From contig NZ_JBKBMX010000012.1 of assembly GCF_046295595.1 (NCBI RefSeq), positions 22,164 through 86,163 on the forward strand: 64,000 nucleotides of DNA, in the 5' to 3' direction. Below the pieces are notes generated by a model. That model searched no databases, was not told the origin of the DNA, and worked only from the letters and a program-made list of their open reading frames with translations. Source of the DNA: Brevundimonas sp. (GTDB lineage Bacteria; Pseudomonadota; Alphaproteobacteria; Caulobacterales; Caulobacteraceae). Shown here in pieces: positions 7,768 to 18,826 of the stretch; the first letter of the stretch is position 1, and each line of letters opens with the position of its first letter. Made by a program: the position numbers and the translations under genes.

Positions 7768-8547
7768 ATGACCGACCGCCTCCATCGCTTCGACGCCCTC
7801 GACAATTTCCGCGACTATGGCGACTACGCCTCGGCCGCCGGCCGCCGCATCGCCGGCGGCCGGCTGTTCCGTTCCGCCCATCACGCCCGCGCCAGCGAGG
7901 CCGATCTGGAACGGCTCGCCGAACTGGGACTCGCCGCCGTGGTCGACCTGCGCCGGCCCGGCGAGCGCCGCGACCAGCCCTCGCGCCGCCCTCCCGGCTT
8001 CGCCGGCCTCGTCATCGAAAGCGATCACGACGACGGCCGCGAGGCGCCCCACATCACCTTCCTCAAGACCGCCGACCTGACCATCGACGCGGGCCGGCGC
8101 TTCATGACCGACACCTATCGGGAGCTGGCGTTCGATCCCGCCCACCTCGACCTGTTCACTCGCTATTTGAGGTCCCTCGGCGAGGCCGACGGCCCCGTCC
8201 TGATCCACTGCGCGGCCGGCAAGGATCGCACCGGCCTGCTGGCGGCCCTGACCCATCATCTGCTCGGCGTGCACCGGGATGACATGGTCGGGGACTATCT
8301 GCTGACCAACGCCGCCGTCGATCTGGCCGGCCGTGCGCCGGGCATCGCCCGTCAGCTCGAGACCATGACCGGCCGGCCCGTCGCCCACGACGCCGTGGTC
8401 GCCTTCCTCGGCGTCGAACCGGTGTATCTGGACACCGCCATGGCCGAGATCGCGGCCCGGCACGGGTCGGTGGACGGTTATCTGGCGCAGGCCCTGGGCG
8501 TCGACGCGGCCCTGCGCGACCGGATCGGCGAGCGGCTGACGGCGTGA
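7768..8547 (+). CDS. Tyrosine-protein phosphatase (Y_phosphatase3 type)
   Basis: NFRDYG, LFRS, VVDLR, catalytic HCAAGKDRTG, DYLLTN. Confidence 0.88.
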   Translation: MTDRLHRFDALDNFRDYGDYASAAGRRIAGGRLFRSAHHARASEADLERLAELGLAAVVDLRRPGERRDQPSRRPPGFAGLVIESDHDDGREAPHITFLKTADLTIDAGRRFMTDTYRELAFDPAHLDLFTRYLRSLGEADGPVLIHCAAGKDRTGLLAALTHHLLGVHRDDMVGDYLLTNAAVDLAGRAPGIARQLETMTGRPVAHDAVVAFLGVEPVYLDTAMAEIAARHGSVDGYLAQALGVDAALRDRIGERLTA

Positions 8548-9833
8548 TCGAACGGCTGGCCAGAGTCGAGACGCGCGTCCGCCCGTGGGGCGAGCCTCTG
8601 GCCGTGGCGACCGGCCTGCGCGACCGCGACGGGGCCCTGGCCCTGCTGTCCGACGGCGGGCCGCTGGGGCGCTGGTCGTTCGTCGCCGCCGAGCCTGACT
8701 GGACCGGCGGCGAGGGCGGCCTCGACCTGCTGCGCGACCCGGCGCTGGCGCGGGACGTGGTCGGCCTGCTGGCCTATGACGCGGGCGCCCGCCCGGCCAC
8801 CGGTCCCCGTACCCATGTCTGGCCCGATCTGATGCTGGCCCGCTACCCGGCCATGCTGGCCTTCGACCACCGGGAGCGGTCGGTCACCGTGACCGGCCGG
8901 GGCGTCGACGCGGCCTCCGCCATGGAGGCGGTGGATAGGGCCGAAGCCTGGCTGGCTGAAGCGGTCGGGGCACCGACGCCGGCGCCGCCGGCGGTCTCCG
9001 TAACCGCCGAGACGTCCGCAGACGCCTATGTGGACGCAGTCGCCGACGTGGTCGCCCGCATCGCGGCCGGCGATCTATTCCAGGCCAACATCGCCCGCGC
9101 CTGGTCGGGCGAGCTGCGCCCCGGCGCGGATCCGTTCGACGTCATGCTGCGGCTGGCCGACCGGGCGGCGGCGTACGGCGCCTTCTGGCGGCTGGGTGAC
9201 CGGGCGATCGTCTCCAACTCGCCCGAACTGTTCCTGACCTTCGATCCCCGCAGCCGCCGGATCGAGACCCGGCCGATCAAGGGCACCCGCCCCCGCCATG
9301 CCGACCCGGCCCGCGACGCCGCCCTCGCCGCCGAGCTCGAGGCCAGCGCCAAGGACCGGGCCGAAAACCTGATGATCGTCGATCTGATGCGCAACGATCT
9401 GTCGCGCGTGGCCGCACCCGGCTCCGTCGCCGTGGACCGGCTGTTCGAGATCGAGAGTCATCCGACCGTGCACCACCTTGTCTCGACGGTCAGGGGGACG
9501 GCGTGTCCGCAGACGGGGGTAGCCGACCTGCTGGCGGCGACCTTCCCGCCCGGCTCGATCACCGGCGCTCCCAAGCACCAGGCCATGAAGGTGATCGCCG
9601 CCCACGAGCCGCCGCGCGGGCCGTGGTGCGGCAGCCTGTTTCACATCGGCGCAGATGGCGGCCTGACCGCCTCGGTGCTGATCCGGACGGCGTCATTCGA
9701 ACGGTCGGAAGGCCGCTGGCGCTTCCGGACCCTCGCCGGCGCGGGCATCGTCGCCGACAGCGACCCGGCATCCGAACTGGCCGAGACCGGGGTCAAGATC
9801 CTCGCCCTGCGCGAGGCCCTTGTCGGCCCCTAG
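8544..9833 (+). CDS. Chorismate-binding enzyme, anthranilate/aminodeoxychorismate synthase component I family (PabB-like)
   Basis: GDLFQANI, SNSPELF, TRPIKGTRPR, KDRAENLMIVDLMRNDL, VHHLVSTV, FPPGSITGAPK, AGAGIVADS. Confidence 0.85.
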   Translation: MIERLARVETRVRPWGEPLAVATGLRDRDGALALLSDGGPLGRWSFVAAEPDWTGGEGGLDLLRDPALARDVVGLLAYDAGARPATGPRTHVWPDLMLARYPAMLAFDHRERSVTVTGRGVDAASAMEAVDRAEAWLAEAVGAPTPAPPAVSVTAETSADAYVDAVADVVARIAAGDLFQANIARAWSGELRPGADPFDVMLRLADRAAAYGAFWRLGDRAIVSNSPELFLTFDPRSRRIETRPIKGTRPRHADPARDAALAAELEASAKDRAENLMIVDLMRNDLSRVAAPGSVAVDRLFEIESHPTVHHLVSTVRGTACPQTGVADLLAATFPPGSITGAPKHQAMKVIAAHEPPRGPWCGSLFHIGADGGLTASVLIRTASFERSEGRWRFRTLAGAGIVADSDPASELAETGVKILALREALVGP

Positions 9834-10372
9834 GTCGCCGGGCAGGTCTGACACTCTGTCCTCGCCGACTTGCGCGGCCGCAGATACTGGTTTTGCGCGA
9901 AGCGCGTCAGACCGGGCATCAAATAGTCGGCGGCCGAGTCATAGTCGTAGGTCACTTCGGAGACGATCAGGCTCTCGCCGTTGGTGACAAGGTCGGGGGG
10001 GATGACCATGGCGGAGCCGGTGGCCCGCGGGGCCTCGCCCTCGCCCCGGCTCCAGTCCACCACGGCCACGCCGTTGGTCATGGTTACACTTGAGACGCGC
10101 TGGCGCAGCGTCGCGGTCGGAAACGGCGCCATGATCAGATCGCCGATGTCGAAGATGTCGGTCACCGTCGCCGGAGTCACCGTGGCCTCCTGGGCGACTA
10201 GATCGGCGACCATGGACGAGACATGGCCCATCCGCTTCTGGGCCATGAAACCCTGACAGAACTCGGTCATGCCCATGTAGAAGGCGATCATGATGGGCGC
10301 GATCAGGGCGAACTCGATCGCCGAGACGCCCCGCTCGTCGCCTGTCAGTCGCCGGATGAGGCTGCGGTTCAT
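9830..10372 (-). CDS. TadE/TadG-like pseudopilin (CpaK-like)
   Basis: MNRSLIRRLTGDERGVSAIEFALIAP prepilin-like G/xxxxEF motif. ATG 10372. Confidence 0.85.
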   Translation of the reverse strand: MNRSLIRRLTGDERGVSAIEFALIAPIMIAFYMGMTEFCQGFMAQKRMGHVSSMVADLVAQEATVTPATVTDIFDIGDLIMAPFPTATLRQRVSSVTMTNGVAVVDWSRGEGEAPRATGSAMVIPPDLVTNGESLIVSEVTYDYDSAADYLMPGLTRFAQNQYLRPRKSARTECQTCPAT

Positions 10373-10953
10373 GGCGTTGGCGCCGGGGCCGGGGCGGGGG
10401 CGGGCTGCCCGGCTCCCGCCGGCTCGTTGCGGAAGGCCGTCGTCGCCGTCAGGAAGGCCGTGTCGTCGTCCAGCCGCGACAGGCTCTGGGACAGGAAGGT
10501 CGTTAACAGCGGGTGCCGGTACCAGACCCGGACCAGCATCAGGTTGCCCGGCTGCCCGTTGGTGTAGGTCAGACCGCTCGGATTGAAGGTCGGGCCGTTG
10601 AGCGGATCGGGCGGGGAGACGTTGAACTGCGGAATGACCCTGACGTCGACCGTCGCCCGCGTAGCGCATTCATCGGCGAAGACGCTCATCCGGCTGCAAA
10701 GGTTCGCCTGGAATTGGGTCGCTGTCATGCCCTGGGCGCTCGCCTGGCCGGTCCGAACCAGCCGGCCGGTCTCGATCGTTCCGTTCTCGAGCAGGGAGCT
10801 CAGAATGAAGATCACCGCGACTTCGATGATGGCGAACAGCATGAAGAAAAACGGCAGGGCGACAATGGCGAATTCGACCGCCGCCGCGCCGTCGCGCGCT
10901 TGCAGAAGTTTGCGGCAGAACCGCCCTGTCCTGCCATGGCCGCGACGGGTCAT
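10369..10953 (-). CDS. tadE: TadE-like pseudopilin (CpaJ-like)
   Basis: DGAAAVEFAIVALPFF motif and C-terminal ATTAFRNEP. Confidence 0.88.
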   Translation of the reverse strand: MTRRGHGRTGRFCRKLLQARDGAAAVEFAIVALPFFFMLFAIIEVAVIFILSSLLENGTIETGRLVRTGQASAQGMTATQFQANLCSRMSVFADECATRATVDVRVIPQFNVSPPDPLNGPTFNPSGLTYTNGQPGNLMLVRVWYRHPLLTTFLSQSLSRLDDDTAFLTATTAFRNEPAGAGQPAPAPAPAPTP

Positions 10954-10956
10954 TGA

Positions 10957-11373
10957 TCAGTCGCCGCTCGCGATCGCCGTGCCGCTGACGCCGCGCACAG
11001 AGGGCGAACACGAGGCCGCGCACGCCATCTCCGTGGCCTGGCCGCCGCGCCAGACGCGGACCCGGCCCGCGCCGTCGCCCGCGGTGACCACCACCTGGCT
11101 CTGGAACAGGGTGCGCCCGATCGCGTCGACGGCGACCACCTCGGTCACGCCGTAGCCCTTGCCGGTTATGTACAGCGTATTGGCGTCGACCACCGTCACG
11201 TCGGCGATTTCCGGATTGCCGACGATGACCGAACCCGCCGCGCCGCGCAGCTGGACCCGCTGGGCCTGGTCGATCTCGACGCTGATGCGGCCGGACTGCG
11301 CCAGCGCCAGACCCGGGCCGGCCATGGCGACGGCGACGGCCAGGCCGAGAAGCAGGCGTTGGGTGCGGATCAT
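10957..11373 (-). CDS. Pilus-formation N-terminal-domain protein (CpaI-like, CpaC-related)
   Basis: Signal peptide, then VEIDQAQRVQLRGAAGSVIVGNPEIADVTV...GKGYGVTEVVAVD, which resembles the CpaC N-terminal chaperone domain. Divergent from the pilin. Confidence 0.82.
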   Translation of the reverse strand: MIRTQRLLLGLAVAVAMAGPGLALAQSGRISVEIDQAQRVQLRGAAGSVIVGNPEIADVTVVDANTLYITGKGYGVTEVVAVDAIGRTLFQSQVVVTAGDGAGRVRVWRGGQATEMACAASCSPSVRGVSGTAIASGD

Positions 11374-11524
11374 GGCGAGGGTCCATAGACTGAGCGCGCG
11401 CGGGTGCGAAGCGCGACCGCGAACCTGCCAGCGAAACCTCAACAAAGTTTGAAACGCCAGGGCGAATACTGGCCGCCGGGCGAACAGGCTTCACCATTCG
11501 CCGGTTTCCAGCGCGCGGGCAAAG

Positions 11525-11543
11525 TAAATCTTGCGCTAACCAT
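11525..11543 (+). promoter_or_regulatory. Degenerate CtrA box in pilin promoter region
   Basis: TAAA-N7-CTAACCAT (2 mismatches to TTAA-N7-TTAA). Further TTAACC (11560) and ATAACC (11576) half-sites lie upstream of the pilin. Confidence 0.45.
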
Positions 11544-11663
11544 GGACGGCGACCGGACCTTAACCCGTTTGGCCGATAACCAAGGTGCGTTTTGGGGGTC
11601 AAGCGGGCTACCGGCTCCCCCCGCGTTGTTAGCTCGCTTCCTCTTTTCAAAGGGATCATGACC

Positions 11664-11849
11664 ATGACCATGAAAAAGTTCATTTCGAAATTCATGTCCG
11701 ACGAGTCGGGCGCCACGGCCATTGAGTATGGCCTGATCGCGGCCCTGATCGCCGTCGTCATCATCGCCGCCGTCACCGCCCTCGGCGGTGAAGTCGTCGC
11801 GACCTTCGACGATGTGACCGCCGGCATGCAGACGCGCCCTGCCGTCTAA
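11664..11849 (+). CDS. pilA: Flp/type IVb pilin
   Basis: KFMSDESGATAIEYGLIAALIAVVII: Flp motif G/ATAIEY. ATG options are 11658, 11664 and 11670; AAAGGGA RBS. Confidence 0.95.
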   Translation: MTMKKFISKFMSDESGATAIEYGLIAALIAVVIIAAVTALGGEVVATFDDVTAGMQTRPAV

Positions 11850-11877
11850 GCAAGGCACTGCAGCCTGAACGAGGCCG

Positions 11878-11914
11878 GGGGCCGGAGCGGAGACGTTCCG
11901 GCCCCTTGCTTTTG
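11878..11914 (+). terminator. Intrinsic terminator/attenuator after pilin
   Basis: GGGGCCGGA-N10-TCCGGCCCC followed by TTGCTTTTG. Confidence 0.7.
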
Positions 11915-11962
11915 TGCGGTTCGGCAACCCGACCTTAAAGATCGGTCGGGCACGGTGCGCGC

Positions 11963-12475
11963 ATGGAAGTGCTGCAACTGAGCCTGCTCGCCCTGTTTCC
12001 GGCCCTGGTCATCGTGGCCGGGCTGACAGACCTGACGTCCATGACCATCCCGAACTGGATCTCGGGCCTGCTGATTGCTGGCTTTTTCGTCGCCGCCCTC
12101 GTGCTGGGGCTGTCGCCGACGGCGATCGCGGCACACGTCGGGGTCGGCCTCGCCGCCCTGGTGGCCGGCGCCATACTGTTCGCCCTCAGATTCCTCGGCG
12201 GCGGCGACGCCAAGCTGATGGCCGCGGTGTGCCTGTGGCTGGGCGTCTCCGGCTGGAGCCCGTTCGTGCTTTGGACGGCGGCCATCGGCGGTCTGTTCTG
12301 CCTGGCCCTGCTGGTCGCCCGGGCACACGCCCAACCGCTTGTCGCCGGCGGACCCGGCTGGATCGTGCGCCTCATGGAGCCCGGAGGCGGCATTCCCTAC
12401 GGCGTGGCCATCGCCGCAGGCGCCTTGCTGGCCTTGCCGACCTCGCCGCTGGCGCTCGCCGCGTTTGCGGGATGA
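11963..12475 (+). CDS. cpaA: Prepilin peptidase (A24 family)
   Basis: AGLTDLTSMTIPNW, LGGGDAKLMAA, GIPYGVAIAAG. Confidence 0.93.
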   Translation: MEVLQLSLLALFPALVIVAGLTDLTSMTIPNWISGLLIAGFFVAALVLGLSPTAIAAHVGVGLAALVAGAILFALRFLGGGDAKLMAAVCLWLGVSGWSPFVLWTAAIGGLFCLALLVARAHAQPLVAGGPGWIVRLMEPGGGIPYGVAIAAGALLALPTSPLALAAFAG

Positions 12476-12511
12476 CGGGTTTGCCCGCCGATGCATAGAG
12501 GTTGCAGGCAC

Positions 12512-12526
12512 TTAGGCCCGCGTTAA
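12512..12526 (+). promoter_or_regulatory. CtrA binding site upstream of cpaB operon
   Basis: TTAG-GCCCGCG-TTAA(C), one mismatch to TTAA-N7-TTAA. A second GTTAAC half-site is at 12545-12550. Confidence 0.7.
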
Positions 12527-12607
12527 CCCGCGCCCGGCATGTTCGTTAACGGTACGGGGCCGAAGGACCGAATTCACGGGTCCGGACGGCCTTGCCGGAG
12601 ACAACGG

Positions 12608-13522
12608 ATGAAGCCTGCCCGAATCATCGTGATCTGCGTCGCCGCCGTGGCCGCCATCGGGCTGGCCCTGGTCGTGCGCGCCATGGGATCGCCGTCGAAG
12701 ACGCCGGTCGCCGTCGCCTCCGCCGCCGCCCCGGCCCGGCCGATGGCCAAGGTGCTGGTCGCCGCGAAGGATCTACAGGCCGGCCGGCGTCTCGACGAGT
12801 CCGACATGGAATGGAAGGACTGGCCCGTGGATGAGGTCAATCCGGCCTTCATCACCGACGGCTCGGTCCCGATCCCGGCGGCCGAGGCCGCCGCGGCGGA
12901 AAAGGCGGACGACAAGCCCGCCGGCGCCGTCGCCGCCGTGACCCGCGCCGCGACCGACATGGCGACCGGCGGCGCCAAGGCCGACTATCTCGGCTCGGTC
13001 GTACGCGAGCCCATCCTCGCCGGCGAACCCATTGTCCTGCGCAAGATCGTCCGCGCCGGCGACAGCGGCTATATGGCCGCCTATCTGGAGCCGGGCATGC
13101 GCGCCATGGCCATCAGCGTCACGGTCGAGACCGCCGCCGGCGGCTTCATCCTGCCCGGCGACCGGGTCGATGTCGTGCTGACACGCGAATCCAACCTCGG
13201 CAACATGGGCGCCACGGAGGGCGACCGCGCCAAGTTCACCTCCGCCACGGTGATGCAGAACATCAAGGTTCTGGCCATCGATCAATCGACCCGGGCCGGC
13301 GACGACGCGCAGACCGTCATCGGCGCGACCGCGACCCTGGAAGTCGCGCCGCGCGACGCCGAGGCCCTGGCTCTCGCCAAGTCCGAGGGTGTTCTGAGTC
13401 TGATCCTGCGATCCTATGCCGACACCGCCGGCCCGTCCGGCCGGGTCGCGGCCGGACCGCGCCAGTCCTCCGCCGTCCGCGTCTACCGCGGCGGCGACCC
13501 CGAAGTCGTGGTGGTCCAATGA
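12608..13522 (+). CDS. cpaB: Flp pilus assembly protein CpaB/RcpC
   Basis: SAF-like VLVAAKDLQAG, PGMRAMAISVTVETAAGGFILPGDRVDVVL, LAIDQ. Confidence 0.93.
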   Translation: MKPARIIVICVAAVAAIGLALVVRAMGSPSKTPVAVASAAAPARPMAKVLVAAKDLQAGRRLDESDMEWKDWPVDEVNPAFITDGSVPIPAAEAAAAEKADDKPAGAVAAVTRAATDMATGGAKADYLGSVVREPILAGEPIVLRKIVRAGDSGYMAAYLEPGMRAMAISVTVETAAGGFILPGDRVDVVLTRESNLGNMGATEGDRAKFTSATVMQNIKVLAIDQSTRAGDDAQTVIGATATLEVAPRDAEALALAKSEGVLSLILRSYADTAGPSGRVAAGPRQSSAVRVYRGGDPEVVVVQ

Positions 13523-14952
13523 AGCGCCCGCTGATGCCACTGGCGGCCCTCGCCCTCACCGGTGTGCTGGCAGCCACCGCCGCCCCGGTGTCGCCGGTCG
13601 AGGCCCAGACCCGCGCGGCCGTCTCCATGGGCGCGCAGTCGCAGCTGATCAATCTGCCCCGCGGTTCGTCCATGGCCGTCGACCTGCCGGCGGACGCTCG
13701 CGACGTGATCGTGCCCAATCCGGTGGTGGCCGAGGCCATGCTGCATTCGCCGCGCCGGATCACCATCATCGGCCTCGCCCCGGGCGAGACCGACGCCGTG
13801 GTGCTGGACAATGCCGGCCGCACCATTCTGTCGCTGCGGATCCGCGTCGACGCCGGCGTCTCGGCGCTTCAGGACACCCTCAGCCGGATCATGCCGAACG
13901 CCGACGTCCGCGCTGAGGCGGTCAATGACAGCGTCATCCTGACGGGCACGGTGTTCAGCCCCGGCGAGGCCGACCGGGCCAGCCAGGTCGCCCGCGCCTT
14001 CGTGTCCGCGCCCGAAAAGGTCATCAACATGATGACCATCGAGGGCTCCGACCAGATCACCGTCCGGGCGCGAATCGTCGAGGTTCAGCGCACGGCCGTC
14101 AAACAGCTCGGCCTCGACGCCAGCGCCGTCCTGGCCAGCGTCGGCGAGGGACTGTCGCTGACCCAGGTCGCCACCTTCGCCGTGTCCGGCAACCAGCTCG
14201 GCGGCGGCATCCTCGACTATCAGGACTCGGCCGGCGACGGCAGCAGCCTGAACACCTCGTTGCGCGCCTTCGAACGGGCCGGACTCGTTCGCATCCTCGC
14301 CGAGCCGAACATCACCACGGCCAACGGCGAGAGCGCGGAATTCCTGGCCGGCGGCGAGTTCCCGGTGCCGGTCGGACAGGAATCCTCCCAGGACGGCGTC
14401 AAGGTGACGATCGAGTTCAAGCCTTACGGCGTGCGGCTCGCGGTGCGGCCGATCGTGCTGTCGCCGGGGCGGATCTCGCTTCAGCTCTCGACCGAAGTCT
14501 CGGAGCTGACGTCCCTCGGCGCCTTCACCCTGGGCGGCGGCACGGCCGGCGGCGCGGCCCTCGTCATCCCCGGGCTGAGCGTCCGGCGGGCGTCCAACAC
14601 CGTCGAACTGCCGTCCGGAGGATCGCTGATGATCGCCGGCCTGCTGCGGGAGGATACGCGCCAGAACATCGACAAACTGCCCGCCCTCGGCGACCTGCCG
14701 GTGCTCGGCGCCCTGTTCCGCTCGCGCGACTATCTGTCGGGCGAGACCGAACTGGTGATCATCGTCGAGGCCTACATCGTCTCGCCGACCTCGCCCGGGC
14801 GCATGCAGACGCCCGCCGACGGCCTGCACATCGCCAACGACGCCCAGACCATCCTGTTCGGACAGCTGAACCAGCATTACGGCCGTCCGAATGTCGCCGC
14901 CGACGCCGCCGACGCCGGCTGGAGCGGCCCCGTGGGCTATGTGATCGAATGA
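13519..14952 (+). CDS. cpaC: Secretin CpaC/RcpA
   Basis: Signal peptide, BON-like region and secretin core LAEPN...FLAGGEFPVP...LGDLPVLGALFRS...ETELVI. Confidence 0.95.
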   Translation: MKRPLMPLAALALTGVLAATAAPVSPVEAQTRAAVSMGAQSQLINLPRGSSMAVDLPADARDVIVPNPVVAEAMLHSPRRITIIGLAPGETDAVVLDNAGRTILSLRIRVDAGVSALQDTLSRIMPNADVRAEAVNDSVILTGTVFSPGEADRASQVARAFVSAPEKVINMMTIEGSDQITVRARIVEVQRTAVKQLGLDASAVLASVGEGLSLTQVATFAVSGNQLGGGILDYQDSAGDGSSLNTSLRAFERAGLVRILAEPNITTANGESAEFLAGGEFPVPVGQESSQDGVKVTIEFKPYGVRLAVRPIVLSPGRISLQLSTEVSELTSLGAFTLGGGTAGGAALVIPGLSVRRASNTVELPSGGSLMIAGLLREDTRQNIDKLPALGDLPVLGALFRSRDYLSGETELVIIVEAYIVSPTSPGRMQTPADGLHIANDAQTILFGQLNQHYGRPNVAADAADAGWSGPVGYVIE

Positions 14953-15623
14953 GGCCCCCAACGATGCGCGCCCTCCTCCTGAGCCTGTCCGCAGCCGTCG
15001 CCCTCGGCGCCTGCGCGACGACCGCGACCCCGGATGCGTCGCCGCTGACGCCGCTGTCGCGCTATTCGCTGCGCGTCGAGCCGGGGCTGGATCGCATCGC
15101 CCTGGCCGTTCACGACACCGGCCTGTCACCGGGTCAGCAGGCCGCGCTCTACGATCTGGCGGGCCGCTATCTGGCGTCGGGCGTGGGTTCGGTGCGGGTC
15201 GAGGCGCCTTATGGCGACGATCCCGTCGCCGCCCGCCAGGCCTGGGCCGCGCGCTCAGCGCTGCAGTCCGCCGGCCTGCCGGCCGAGCGCATTGTCGTCG
15301 CCTCCTACGCCGCGCCCGATCCGCGAGCTCCGGTCCTGGCCGGTTTCGAAACCGTGCGGGCCGCGATCCCGAACTGCGCCGCCGAGCGTGGCGCCATGCA
15401 CGGGCGGTTCTCTAACGAGAGCTCGATGGGTCTGGGCTGCGCCATCAACGCCAATCTGGCGGCCCAGATCGCCGACCCGCGGGATATCGTCGGCCACCGG
15501 CCCACCAGCCCGGCCGACTCCGGCCGCGCCGCGGTGGTGTTCGACAACTATCGCCGGGGCGAGATGACCTCGGCTCCGCAGGAGACCCTGGTCGAGGGCC
15601 GCATCGCCCAGGCCGTGGAATAG
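14949..15623 (+). CDS. cpaD: Pilus assembly lipoprotein CpaD
   Basis: Lipobox ALGAC; LGCAINANLAAQIADPRDI. Start at 14949 or 14964. Confidence 0.9.
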   Translation: MRPPTMRALLLSLSAAVALGACATTATPDASPLTPLSRYSLRVEPGLDRIALAVHDTGLSPGQQAALYDLAGRYLASGVGSVRVEAPYGDDPVAARQAWAARSALQSAGLPAERIVVASYAAPDPRAPVLAGFETVRAAIPNCAAERGAMHGRFSNESSMGLGCAINANLAAQIADPRDIVGHRPTSPADSGRAAVVFDNYRRGEMTSAPQETLVEGRIAQAVE

Positions 15624-15630
15624 CGTGATC

Positions 15631-17202
15631 ATGAACAACGCCTTCGCCCCCCGGCCGGCCGAGGACTTCGAGGACGAGTTCGATCTCGACATGGGCTATG
15701 TCGCGTCCGGCCCCGCGCCTGATCACGCCCCCCGGTCGGGCGACGAGGCCAGCGCGCCGTATGCCGCGCATCCGGGGGCCATGAGCCCTGAGGAGACGGT
15801 CCGTCCGCCCTTGCAGTTCACGCCGCCGTCGGTGGCTTCCGGAGCGGCCCCCGCCTATGTCGGCGGGCCGGGCGAGGGCCAGATTCCGGCCGTGGCCGGC
15901 TTCAATCCCGTCGGCGACCTGGTGGCGGGCGCCTCGGCCGCCTTCTCGCCACCCGTGCCGGGCGGCGGCGGGCCCGAAGTCTCCGTCCCGCGCATCGCCA
16001 TTCACGTCTTCGCCGAACGCCAGGACACCCTCGCCGCCGCCGAACGGGCCGGGCAGGACCGCCGGCTCTCGCGCGCGACCACCCAGATCCGCGTCGGCGG
16101 CGTCGCCGCCGCGGTCGAGGCCTATCAGCACGAGCCGACGCCGCCGCTGATCATCGTCGAATGTCTGAAGGACCCGCAGACCCTGCTGTGGGAAGTCGAC
16201 CAGCTGGCGGAGGTCTGCGACGCCGGCACCAAGGTGGTAGTCGTCGGCGCGACCAACGACATCCTGCTGTTCCGCGAGTTGATGCGGCGCGGGGTCAGCG
16301 AATATCTGGTGGCGCCGTTGCAGCCGCTCCAGCTGATCGCCGCCATCGGCGGCCTGTTTTCCGATCCGGCCCAACCCTTCGTCGGTCGGTCGATCGCCTT
16401 TGTCGGCGCCCGCGGCGGGGCCGGGTCCAGCTCTGTGGCGCACAACACCGCCTACGCCATGAGCGAGCGGATCGGCGCCAATACGGTGATCGTCGACTAT
16501 GACCTGCCGTTCGGCACCGCCGGCCTCGACTTCAACCAGGACCCGCTGAACGGCGTCGCTGACGCCCTGACCCAGCCTGATCGTCTAGACCCCGTGCTGC
16601 TGGATCGGATGATGGTTCGTTGCACCGACAAGCTGAGCCTGTTCGCCGCGCCCGCCACCCTCGACGTCGACTGGGACATTTCGCCCGAGGCCTTCGAGGA
16701 AGTCACCACCCAGATCCGTTCGACGGCCCCGTTCGTGGTGCTGGACCTGCCGCACCTGTGGTCCGGCTGGATGCGCCGCACCCTGATCGCCGCCGACGAG
16801 GTGGTGGTCGTGGCGACGCCGGATCTGGCGAGCCTGCGCAACGCCAAGAACATGATCGACCTGATCCGTCAGGGCCGGCCGAACGACGCCCCGCCGCGGC
16901 TGGTGCTGAACCAGGTCGGCGTGCCCGGACGTCCGGAAATTCCGGCCAAGGAGTTCGGCGCCGCCCTGGGCGTCCACCCCAGCCTGATCATCCCGTTCGA
17001 TCCCAAGGTCTTCGGCGCCGCGGCCAACAACGGCCAGATGATCATCGACGCCGGCGCCAAGTCGAAGGCCGCCGACGCCTTCCAGATGCTGGCCCAGATC
17101 GTTTCGCGCAGGGAACTGCCGATGGTCGCCGGACCGCGGGGCAAGGCCGGCAAGGGCGACGGAAAGTCCATGTTCTCCGGCCTGTTCAAGAAGAAGTCCT
17201 GA
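15631..17202 (+). CDS. cpaE: Pilus localisation ATPase CpaE/TadZ
   Basis: Pro/acid-rich N-terminus, atypical receiver, deviant Walker A GARGGAGSSS, DYDLPFGT, LDLPH. Confidence 0.93.
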   Translation: MNNAFAPRPAEDFEDEFDLDMGYVASGPAPDHAPRSGDEASAPYAAHPGAMSPEETVRPPLQFTPPSVASGAAPAYVGGPGEGQIPAVAGFNPVGDLVAGASAAFSPPVPGGGGPEVSVPRIAIHVFAERQDTLAAAERAGQDRRLSRATTQIRVGGVAAAVEAYQHEPTPPLIIVECLKDPQTLLWEVDQLAEVCDAGTKVVVVGATNDILLFRELMRRGVSEYLVAPLQPLQLIAAIGGLFSDPAQPFVGRSIAFVGARGGAGSSSVAHNTAYAMSERIGANTVIVDYDLPFGTAGLDFNQDPLNGVADALTQPDRLDPVLLDRMMVRCTDKLSLFAAPATLDVDWDISPEAFEEVTTQIRSTAPFVVLDLPHLWSGWMRRTLIAADEVVVVATPDLASLRNAKNMIDLIRQGRPNDAPPRLVLNQVGVPGRPEIPAKEFGAALGVHPSLIIPFDPKVFGAAANNGQMIIDAGAKSKAADAFQMLAQIVSRRELPMVAGPRGKAGKGDGKSMFSGLFKKKS

Positions 17203-17205
17203 CGG

Positions 17206-18822
<1,617 letters not shown>

Positions 18823-18826
18823 GCCG

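Noticed and set aside
15631-15980. Long acidic/Pro-rich N-terminal extension of CpaE as a novelty
   Set aside because: Caulobacter-type CpaE proteins are known to have such an extension.
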